Shown: one piece after another, positions 33,620 through 45,100 of the stretch
How positions within the stretch are numbered: the stretch's first letter is position 1
Layout of the letters: each line of letters starts with the position of its first letter
NCBI GenBank assembly: GCA_964276515.1
Contig: OZ193909.1
Coordinates: forward strand, 16,182,001-16,246,000
DNA: 64,000 bases
From: Gordius albopunctatus
Taxonomy: Eukaryota
Reading direction: 5' to 3'
The notes under the pieces: model-generated
Told to the model about the DNA's origin: nothing
Seen by the model: the letters and a program-made list of their open reading frames with translations, nothing else
Database searches by the model: none
Position numbers and translations under genes: made by a program

Positions 33620-35672
33620 TGTAGAGAGATAAAGTGCCTCCAGGGATACGATAGTTACCTGCGTGTTGATGTTATTTACATGCGCGTTGGCGATCAATTA
33701 GCGTTAATTGGTTGTAACATATAAAGGCGTTGGATATATACGCCAGGACACTTTTTCGTCGTGTTTTTGTATCACACCCCTAATAGTTTACGTGAATAAA
33801 TATCAGCCCTTAACAGTGGCGTCGGGACGAACCCGTGAGAACCTGCGGGGAATTATCCAGAAGAGGAGCTTCTGTTGAAACATTTGATTTCGATAATCAT
33901 TAAAAACGACAAGGAATTATTCGGAGGCGGAGATTCTATTGAAACATTTCTAATTCAATAATCGCTAGAAACGATATGGAGTTATTCAGGTTAGGAAATT
34001 CCATTGAAACGTTTCTAATGCAATTCGAGGTCAACGCCAAGGCACAATCAGGGACGTCGTACGATACCCAGAAAACGTGCAGGTTGCTAAGTCCGTTATC
34101 GGCGGAGGTGTTTAAGGTTATCGCGGACGACGCGTACCCGGATAACCCGATCGAATGGTCGTTCGAAGAAGCGACCAGGAGAGCGAAGAAGGTGTTCAAG
34201 GGGCAGACCGGCCCTCTGGCGCGAAGGCTCCGATTCGGAAATGTTAGACAGATGCCCGGGGAAGAACTCATACGATATAGCCGAAGGCTAAAAGAGGCGT
34301 CAAAGGACTGCGGTTTTCAGCCCGGAGAATTATCGGCCAGAATTCTCGATCAGCTGATTTTAGGGCTCTACGACCCAACGGTGCAGGCTGCGTTGATGGC
34401 TGAAAAGGACCTCAAGTGTTACAAAACCGTGGAGATCGCCCTAGGTCGGGAGGCAATCGGTGAGGGCCTGAGGACAATGCACAAGCCAGTTGACGAGGCA
34501 TTTGCGGTCGACGCGACGAGGACGGGCCCGAGTATGATCAGGTTCGGCCATGCGTTAGATATTATGACTATGGACGTATTTGTCAATAACATCTTAATAA
34601 CTTTGCTTATGGAGACGGGATCCACCGTTACAATCGTACCGGCCAACGTGTGGAAGAAACGCTTACCCGTGCAAGCAAACTCGACACCTGCCGCGTATGC
34701 GTTTGGCGGCGAGGAGATAAAGATTATCGGGGACGTAACAGCCGAGGTCCGGCTGGTTCCAAACCGAAAGCGCCTGTCGATGCTGGTGGCGGATGTGAAG
34801 GGACCGCCGTTACTCGGGACGAACTGGATTAAAGAGTTCGGAAAGGACGCATGGGAACTAGCCTGATGGAGTTCGCGAGCCGTCATGGAGCAATACGTTG
34901 TGAATTTCGTCGAGGAGAAGGTCCCGAAAGAGCCGAGACCTAGCGATCCCGTGAGTATCGGGATGCAAGATAGTCAAATGCATTCCTTCGGTGGGGGCCC
35001 AATGGGTAGGCCATCCGGTAGCTGGATTTTTCCACACGTCTTAATGCCGGGCCCAGTTTTCTCCCCCGACCAACAGCAACCCGGTTCGATGGGTCAGTTA
35101 CCACAACAACCAAACAGCGTAGCACCGCCGCAAGGGGTTTCTAGGGATCCTGGCTCCTCGTCTCAGCAACAATCTGTAATCCCACTCAACCCCAATAAGA
35201 CTCGCTCTAGGAATGCGAAATCGGACCAAGATCAAGGTCGATCCATGGCTGTCATCAAGGGTAAGGATGACGCAGTCATTGTTGTGGCGAGACGACCAAG
35301 CAAGCATGCGTTCCAAGTTACCGAAGAGGTACTAGAGGATACCGCGAGCGCGTCCATCGCACGGAACGTTAGTGTCGCTCCCATGGATCCGGAGCTTAAC
35401 AACGCCCCGCCTGATGTTAGATACCCACGCCGGGTACGACAGGTCCTAAGCTACCTAAGGCCTTATCTTTGTCAAAAGGGGGGAACTGTAGAGAGATAAA
35501 GTGCCTCCAGGGATACGATAGTTACCTGCGTGTGGATGTTATTTACATGCGCGTTGGCGATCAATTAGCGTTAATTGGTTGTAACATATAAAGGCGTTGG
35601 ATATATACGCCAGGACACTTTTTCGTCGTGTTTTTGTATCACACCCCTAATAGTTTACGTGAATAAATATCA
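33620..35672 (+). mobile_element. Non-autonomous gypsy-like LTR retrotransposon (gag, protease and pol tail; no RT, RNase H or integrase core)
   Basis: LTRs 33620-33815 and 35487-35672 with 1 mismatch over 186 bp; PBS-like tggcgtc at 33817; PPT aaaaggggggaac; ORF 33976-34866 (RQMPGEE..Y..RL..C.F..DQLILGL; protease ETGS..LLG) and ORF 34885-35499 ending RYPRRVRQ. Confidence 0.92.
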
Positions 35673-36374
35673 AAGACTCAAAGTTGACCCTAACATATTT
35701 AAGGCCAACGTTTCGTTCATTGATATGACCTTACCATCATCATCCATTACACATAGAGTTTATTGTATGTTTACTATAGCGTTATAAACCACAAAGTGCG
35801 AGTGACATTTAATGATAATGTTATTATTTACAGAATTGATAATTAATTGCACAAAAACGTTCTAAAAACAACAATAAAAGCAACATTATAATAGGATCAA
35901 GAATACGAGGTTTAAACTTTGAATTAAAGTGCACTTATTATATTTTATCACATTCATTATAATTAAATTTGTATCCTAAATAATTAGCTTTCAATTCTAA
36001 CTAACTCTGCCATTAAATAGTCAATTATCTAGTACAGTATAAGTTCGTGTATATTTATTTTGTATTGCCCATTTGTACAAATTATAGTAATTTCGAATGC
36101 ACCTGCCATCCCCATTTTATAATATAAAAAGTAAGGAATATGACAAAATAATCTATTCACATACTGTCTTTTTAAGGTTAAAAAATTTACGAGGTATACT
36201 ATTAGTTGAAGCAATCTAGAAAACTCATAATTTAATCTATTACCGTTTCATCGAATACTTAATTGTACTTTTGAAATCATTAGGCACAACAAATGACGCT
36301 AGGGTGCTCAAAAAATCTTGAGCCACCTTAGTTTAACCTCGTATAATATTCAAACTAATTGGCCACCCATTTAC

Positions 36375-38586
36375 CAGTGGCGTAGCTAGCCTTTTTGCCT
36401 TGGGGGGGGGGCTGAGCTGGTCAAATAGGGGGTGGGGACAAAAAAATTTCCTACGCCCACCTGAATAAAAAATATTTATGTTTTGCCCCCCCCCCAATCC
36501 AAACCCTAAATACGACCATGGGTCAAATGCAATTAAAAAGTTTTCCCTCATAAACGTTGGACAAATTTTAAATTCCGCTACTACTTTGTGTATTTTTTCC
36601 ATTAACATCACACTAATATGTCCCCTCATGTTTATAGAGCATAAAATAAATAAAATTTATTCATAAATAAAACAAAATAATGTAGTTAAAACAAGATAGA
36701 AAATTTCACATGGTATAATAAGTTTTGTATAAATGAATTGTAAGGGTAAAAGTGGAACGGGGATATTGAGAAGAAATCGTTGGCATTTTAAAAAATAATG
36801 CAAATAGTTAAAAAACTATATAACAAAGTTTTTATAAAAATTATTGCCACAACCCCAAAAATCTTGGCCATATATATAACAAATTTTAATTTTACATATG
36901 CAATATTGGCAGCATTTTCAGGCAGCATTTATATCAAGAGAACAATGAGAATATTTAAAAGCCTTTTTAAGGTGATGCTCAAAAGGCGTAATTATACCAT
37001 AAAATTTTAAAGAATTCATTATGAAACTAAAATTCGTTCAAGAATGAGTATTTAGAAGTTATTGCCCCTGATATTATAGATATATTTGCACAGCACAACC
37101 CCCCCCTTTACATCAGCTAAAAATTAAAATGAACTAATAAATTTAACGGCTAAATGAACCTTAAAAATATTCTGTCACAATTAAATGAATCAAAATTTTA
37201 TTTGATAATTTGATGCAAAGAACAACTTAGCGTCCAAAGACAAACATAATGAATTTTTTAGGATTTTTATCCTTTGAAAGTTTTGATGCGTTAACAATTG
37301 TATAAAATTCAGCAATTGGTTATTAATATTAATTTATCAAACTTATGATGGGATATCACTAATGAAGGCGGAAAAAACGGTGTACAAACAATTTTTTGGA
37401 AAACTATTGGCTTTGTATGTGCATGTGGTACATAAAATATGCAAGATATGTTAAACAATAAGCATGTGAGATGGACAATTAAATTGAAATCAGGATGGAA
37501 TTTTCGTAAATTTAATAATATTTTAATATATTTTGAAAGTGTTAAAAAGTTTAAAACAAGTTTAAAAGCCCAGATAATTATTCATTAAATATTAAAATTA
37601 GTCTTTTAATAGTAGTATCATTGCATTTTATTTGAAGATAAAGAGTTATAATGTGTTACAAAATTTTTTGCCATTTTTATTTCGCCGTCTTCCAGTTTTA
37701 ATTCATAATGGTTAATTATTTCTGATAAAAGAGATTTATCGCAAAAAAGGGGATGAAGGGTTTAAACCTTCTAAGGACTTATATAAATTACAATTAATTT
37801 CCGAAAATCTTATGTTTAATTCTGCTATTATTCTATCGATGAAAGGATAATATAAATCAATTTTGAAATCAATCTTTTATTTTTATGATTGGAATTTTCT
37901 AGAATGCCATTTTCAATTAAATTAGTAAGACCTTCAGTGTAACCTAATTTATGGCTTTGAAATTATTTAATATAATGAATTACTCGAGGTTGAGGATGAA
38001 GAGCTATTACTATTACTGCCAATGTCAATGTAATTCTCCTTTTCATTTTCTATAAATTTGTATTTGAATAAATGAATGAAAGCACTAACACTAAGTAAAT
38101 ACCTTTTTTCTTCACCTAATCTTATATTTATATAAACCTAATAATAAAAATTTTTAAATACCTATTTGATTTAACCTATTGCTTGGAGCTAAGGGCTTTA
38201 AAAACATGCTAAGCTTTAATTGTTTCTTGCTATTGCTATTCATATTAATTAATAAAGGTAAAGTGGAAATTAATTATAAAAAACTCGGGTTTTAAATTAA
38301 TATTCATTTTGAAATTATGTAATTATGTCAACTCAACAATTTGATACAATTTTCACCCTTTATTGTCTTATACAGCATCATTATTTTTATTTGTAATATT
38401 CTAATTAAAACTTTTATCAGAAACAATAATAATAATATTTATATTGTTTCTTAATTAAGATAAAAAAAAATAATGGCGGAAGGGGCCCAGGGGCCCAAGA
38501 TTTTTCCCTTGGGGGGGGGGGGGGCTTATAGGGCCCGGTTTTTGCTCTTGAGGGGGGGGGGCGGGCCCCCCCTAGCTACGCCACTG
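36375..38586 (-). mobile_element. hAT (Tip100/ZMYM1-like) deletion derivative with a transposase remnant
   Basis: Perfect 15-bp TIRs cagtggcgtagctag; TSD ccatttac. Minus strand ~37860-37640 reads DLYYPFIDRIIAELNIRFSEINCNLYKSLEGLNPSSPF, then after a frameshift DKSLLSEIINHYELK..MAKN. Confidence 0.88.
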
Positions 38587-39013
38587 CCATTTACAATTAG
38601 AGCATCATGCAAAATGAGAAACTGCGAAATTCAAATATGCCTTAATAATATTTTACTCTAAGTTTAAATTTTTCTATATGTGAAAAATATATGATTCAAT
38701 TTACCCTAAGGGCTATCTATACTTAGGTAAATGAACGGTAAATGCCAAATTTTTAAATTTTTGCAAAAATATATCATATTTCCTACACTTAGGTGTTATT
38801 TTAATATCAAATATATTCCTATCATATTGATTTAGATTTAATATCTTAAATATTAATCATTAAAATAAAAATACACATTAATTTACTAATATCTAATGGT
38901 AAATAAAAAGCCGAGATCTCGCCGAAAAAATCTAGTCTCGTCTCATCTCGATTTCGGTTCAGTTTTTCAAAATCTCGTCTCGTCTCGGGTTTCTCGGTTT
39001 TTCTGCATCACTA

Positions 39014-39450
39014 CGGGCGCCTACCATGCGCGTCGTTCACTGAGGACGCCCTAGCCCATTCATTAATTTCATTATTACGAACTTTCATAGTATACATTTT
39101 GGTTTATATAGAATGAGGGAGTATTGATATCCCGGCCTTCTAAGCCTGACGGAACTATGTTAGTTTTTGGCGCTTGACTACTTACTATTCTTTATGATGC
39201 CGTCATTTTGGTAAATTCAACTTTTATTTAGACCACTCGTATTGATAGGCTTAATCTAGCACTTCCATTTTACTAGTACTCCCTCAAAAAGCCCAGAAAT
39301 TTTAGTCTGACACTTCATCAAGAACCATGCCAATAGAGTGACCCCACCAGTAACAAACACAAAAATTTTGTTTGGCTACCAAAGGTATAGCTTCTTGGAT
39401 CACGAGAGTACACAAGCTCAACCACCACTACAAGGTATTTCTGGCTGCAC
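39014..39450 (-). mobile_element. 5' UTR and ORF start of the family A RTE
   Basis: ATG at 39088 (MKVRNNEINEWARASSVNDAHGRRP) joins in frame with YHVKSQRG at 32851 once the hAT and one TSD copy are removed. Confidence 0.8.
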
Positions 39451-39451
39451 G

Positions 39452-40750
39452 ATTGTACCCTTATTTAAAGGCAAAGGAGACGCTCAGGACTGTGGCAATT
39501 ACAGAGGTATCAAGCTATGCCACTCCTTGAAGCTTTTGGAAAGGATCTTAGTACAATAACAAGCTGAGAAACGAGGTGGAAATATCGGTTAATAAATTCG
39601 GATTTGTGGCCGGCAAATCCCCAATCGACCCAATCTTCGCACTAAGATAAATGATGGATAAGTACGATGAAAAGAGGATAGACCTAAATATGGTTTTTAT
39701 CGACTTGGAGAAAGCTTATGACACGGTCCCTCGTGATTTAATATGGTGGTGCCTGAGAAAACAAAATATCCCTGACGCATATATACGGCTAATAAAAAAT
39801 ATTAATGAAGCTTCAAACTCTTGCGTTAGGACGACAGTTGGAGACTCTAAACCTTTCCGGGTTAATATTGGATTACATCAAGACTCTGTTTTACGTCCCT
39901 TTTTATTTAATACAATTATAGACACGATAACGAGGGACATTCAAAAGCCACCGCCATTGTGTATGCTATATGCCGATGATATAGTACAATGGGAGGAAAC
40001 AAGGGAGAAAGTATTCGAAGAAGCCCTAAATTCGTCAAAGCGTTTAGCTGGATATTGTTTAAACGTCAACGATCGAAAAACGGTATACATGAAAATGAAC
40101 GATACAGGCTGCCCATCGCTGGATGACAATCTAAAGTACCGAAAAGTAGACAGGTTTACATACATCGGCTCATGCTACATCAAGAGGGAGGTTGCGCAAC
40201 GGAAGTCAATGCCCGGATCCAAAAAGGATGGCTAAAATGGCGAAGTATATCCGTTGTAATGTGTGATAAGAAAATGCCAATATAGTTAAAAAGCAAAGCT
40301 TACAAATCCATCGTAAGACCGGTTTTACTCTATGAAAGTGAAAAATGGGCACTGAACACCACTGAAGGTTAGCTATTACAAGCCACAGAGATGAGAATGA
40401 TACGGTGGAGCTTGAGGTATACTAAGCTCGACCATATGACGAATGACTTTCTAATGACAAAAATGGGTATTTAACCTAGGGCGGACATGATTAACGAAAT
40501 TCGGCTAAGGTGGTATGGGCATATACTAAGAAGGGACTCGAATGACGTAATCAAAAAGTGATGGACATGGAAGTACCGGGGAAAAGAGAAAGAGGACGAC
40601 CCCGTGTCACGTGGAAATGGCAAGTCGATAAAGTTATGAAAACTAAAGAGATTCGTCAAGACATAGCACTCACCCGGTCAAGATGTAAGAAACTTATCAA
40701 AACAAATCCCACGAATGTGAGACCAAATAACTTATAAAGAAGAAGAAGAT
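39452..40750 (+). mobile_element. RTE-clade LINE, family B, 5'-truncated and degenerate
   Basis: IVPLFKGKGDAQDCGNYRGIKL, FIDLEKAYD, MLYADD; (GAA)n tail. Confidence 0.92.
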
Positions 40751-42111
40751 TTGCAACTTATGTCGAAAACCTATTTTAGGAACATCCATTATCTCCTACA
40801 CGGCCAATTATCCCCGTGTCTCTACAATAAAAAATTAATTAGTAGCCTTTAAAAAGAGCTGGTAATTCATTTTAACAACCAATTTAGGGATAACGGAGTG
40901 CATTTAACCAGATAGCATTTTATTGAATGTGCGCAGTCTAAATTATGTTACGATTTAATCACTATGGATGTTTTTACTAAATAAAAGAGGCCCCGGCCCG
41001 GACGTAATTTTCTCTGTTAACAGAAATAAAAATTAAAAACTTTCGTTCCAATCCTGGCGACCTCCAGCAGTAATCTGGTCCCAAAGATAGGCAACTCCTT
41101 TCCAAATGCCCAATGTTTAAAGCCTTCGAATAAATATAAATAATTAACAATCATTATAAATTATAAGTTTATGAAATATGTATATATGTATAAATGAAGT
41201 TCTGGAACTGTAAAATTTTTGTATTCATCGTACATATAAAGAACAATGTATACGGTAATATAGGTAATGAAATTAAAAGGATAAATAAAAGATTCTTGAC
41301 CGAGAAGTTGTCCATAACACTTCTCTTTTTTAGGAATTATCCTCAATCACTTGATCTGCACTTATTGAGAGGAAATGTTGCTGGTCAGCCAAGGTAACAC
41401 CTTCAGGCACAGTAGGTTGGTGGTTGGAACTTTGCATGTTTTTTCTCTGTTGGAATTCTTAGATGGTTAGCTGAAATAACCTCTTTTACTCCATTTAAAC
41501 GCCCCCCTGCCCAGGAGGCCTCAGCATTATTACCTTCTACCATTTCTTCCAAGCCTGGTGATTTTGGACAGATCCTCTAGTTCTACATACTACTCATGAG
41601 GGAGCAACTCGCTTTTTAATTATCAGTTTATATTATTAGGTATATCAGATGCTATAATCGGATTGTGAGAGACCGCAGTAAGGTATCCGCCCCAAATAAT
41701 ACATATAATAGAATAGACTTCAATTTTACAGCCACCCGTTCAAGGTAAAAGCCACACCTCGAGGTTATAATAACATTAAGATTTCCATAGAAATAGTTTT
41801 AACTTTAAAATGATAAATATGAGTAGTTATAAGTCCAATATTTTCCCCTAAAAGTTCTTATATATGTGGGATCCAAAATATAGTCAACAAGGCGGTCAAT
41901 AATAATGTGTCAATATTGCAATTTTTTTGTGCTATGATGGCTATGCAATGATTTTGCATATCTTGGTCAATAAAAAACTATTTACCGCCTAATGCGACGC
42001 CAAGGAATAAATTTTATTAGATATTAACATAGACTATGGATATTAATAAAAAATGTCATCAGTAGTCTGCCATCATAGCTATACTACGGTCAAGTTTAAA
42101 CCACATCGAAT

Positions 42112-45100
42112 ATGAAAAAGCGACATCAAAAACATTCAGATTCTTATCGGAATGAGGAAATATATTGCATATGTCGTTCTAGTGATTCATCTAGATTTAT
42201 GATGTAATTAATTATTATATAATCTCTATTTTTTTAGTTGCTGTGATGAGTGCAATGAGTGGTTTCATGGGGATTGTATTGATATAACTCAAGAGGAAGC
42301 TAATGATATCGAACAGTTTTATTGTGATGCTTGTTTAGGTAAATATTGCCTAAGGCCATGAAAATTTAATTTCTGTTTATGTAACCATAAGATATATTAA
42401 AATTTATTTATAACAATTTTATTTATGCACATATTATATTTTTCACATTAAAATTTTACTTATTGATAAATATATAATAATTCTATTGTTTTGTCTTATA
42501 GATAAACATCCTAGTCTTAAAATTATATATGTTAAGAAAAAACATAAATATGAGAAGAGTAAAAAGGAATATGATAAAATAAAAGATATTGAAATGGAAA
42601 ACGATTTCGAAAAAGAAAGAGAGGAAGTAATTTGAATTCTATTTTCTTGTTGAGAGGATATAGTGGTGATTTTTTTCTTCTAAATTTGGATTTCAAATTT
42701 AAGTAGGCTCTGTTTGTTTTATTGCAATATCAGTTTTAATCAAAGGTAAGTTATACTTTGAGTTGAAGTTTATATTGAAAGTCTAAGAGCCATTTTTCTA
42801 GAATGCGTTATTTGGTAAAGTGCTAACAAAGTAAATTATAAATAAACTATAAGGTTGTATGTATTAATTTCATTATAAAAGTTAAGATGGTTAATTATAA
42901 TTTGTAATAAAATCACTTCATTTTTTATATCATTTTGATTAAATAATTTAGCTTAGAAATAGGACATCCAGAAAATGTGGTGAATGTGTTTCATGTCGTC
43001 AAACTATTGATTGTGGAAAGTGTGATTACTGCAAAGTACAATGATAATTTTGCAACTCTAAATATTATTTTTTTATTAATCATAGGATATGAAAAAGTAT
43101 GGTGGCCCTAACCGAATAAGACAAAAGTGTCGTGATAGGCAATGCATCAATATGGTAGACATTCATGAACATTTTGTTAATATTTTTTTGTTATTTACCA
43201 TTTAAAATAATGTTTTTTCTTGTGTGTTAATATAAACAATATTTTTTAATTTAAAGAATGAATTGTTTTTATTGGAATTTGTTAGGGTGCTCAATCTGTG
43301 AAGAAAAAACACAAACATCATGACTCATTACACAGGCATGATGGCCACAAAATTTCGAGCTCCAATCACCATGACCTCTATGGTTTGAACTGTTTTCAAT
43401 CATGTTATTAACCTATATACTTCAATTGTACTTTAATTTTTTTAAGAAAAAATATTCTTTTAAGATATTTTTTAATCTTAAATTCATTTTAATAATTTTC
43501 TCTTTTTATAATGAGTATTGTTTTTGTACACCCGAGCCCAATATCTTATTTTATAATTTTTCACATACACAAGCTCGTAAAAATTAATCATTTCTATTCC
43601 TATCCCCGCTCGAAATTAAGAAGGATTTAAAAATTGTAAGCAAAAAACTTGCAGTTTAAAAGCGGAGAAGGGGCTAAGATGTTTTATAAGCTATAGACCG
43701 CGCGTGTGCCTTCAGTATATTATATAAATTTTAAAAAATAGTGTTAATAAAAAATAAATCACCCTTTGAAGGTTAGGATAGGTTGGCCAGAGTTAGTTTT
43801 GGGCCTGGGCCGGTTCTGGCCTTGGACTGCCGCGGCCGTGCAGGGCTAGCCTTAAATAATTTATCATTTGTTCAAAGTAGTGGTCGAAATTTGGGTTTAG
43901 TGGACTGAACATAAGCAGAGCAAAGATTTTCGCTCCATTTTTCTTAGTCACGCGAAGAGAGCGAAAGTTTTTTTGTCAAACATAAACCAAAGGTCCAGCC
44001 GTTTTTACGACACTAGCTCAAAGTTAATTTTCCTTACTTTATTAGATGGGAGCGATAGCAATCAAACTGCGGCCGCAGGTTATAGCTGTGAAGTGGAAGA
44101 GGAAATAGTAAATTCGCCCCTCGACAATAGCAATACCGCTACTAGTCCCGGTTCACCAGCCATTTCATCATCTTACGTCACTTCGGAAACGTTTTACGAA
44201 AAAGATACCAATACCCATAATCAACCCCAAGGCGACTATAAAAAAGTCAAGACTAGGTTTGAGAAAAATCTCATATTTTGTTGCCCTCACTTTTTGCAAG
44301 AATTTGTGTTATAAGGGGGGTTTTTAAGGTTTTGGAGGAATGTTTTTGTAGGAGGATTAGGTAGGTTGGTTACATTTTTAATTTAATTAAAATTTTTAAA
44401 ATGTATCCAAGAGTCATTTATACGGTAAGCTACATTTTAAGATCTCTTTAAAATCCACAATATTTGGTCCAATTTTGGCTAGATTTTACAAATTTAGAGT
44501 TGAAATGAATAAGTAATATATGTATATAATTCTAACTTTGTTGACCTAAGTTAATTCGCTTTGATTATCAAGATTGCCTAAACGTATTCCTTGATTTTAG
44601 TTGGCGAAACGTTATATAGAAGTTAGATTTTCGTGAAAAATGCTTTAAAATAAGATCTTAACGCTATTTGTGTAAAGAGGAACTTGATACGTTTTTCCCT
44701 GTTTTTACAATGTAAATCATTATTAAATAAATTGATAATTTTATTAGTTTTTAATAGATTCAAATTTTTATGTATCAGAAACATTCTCAACTTATCTTAA
44801 TTCATTAGTTTTTGATAGTGGTGTAAAAACGACTGGGTTTTGTGTGGTCGACCTTTGGTTTAACTAAGACTAACGTTCAACTCTGGTCTGCTTTTCAAAT
44901 TTAGACTAAGCATAGGGATCGATTATGAAAAATACACCTTACAACTATTATATTTCCTACATATATATTTGTTTATACCCAAGTTCGAGCCTTAGGCAAT
45001 CGGGGAGGGGCGAGGACAGCTTTAAAAGGGAAATTTCATCAGCTTCGCCTATATCAGATGTGGCACCAGGATCATCACCCGAAGATGATACCTCGCAAGA

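Larger units (their letters stand above)
32860..39013. mobile_element. Large non-autonomous hAT-like element with tctcg subterminal repeats, carrying nested insertions
   Basis: Perfect 8-bp TSD cgggcgcc (32852-32859, 39014-39021); ends tagtgtttcga / ctgcatcacta; tctcgtctcg arrays at both ends. Confidence 0.9.

Noticed and set aside
33936..35316. Antisense ORFs over the LTR element and the RTE copies
   Set aside because: They are shadow ORFs of GC-richer coding strands, with no recognisable motifs.
40840..40862. Histone 3' stem-loop-like sequence
   Set aside because: The stem is imperfect and there is no histone ORF nearby.
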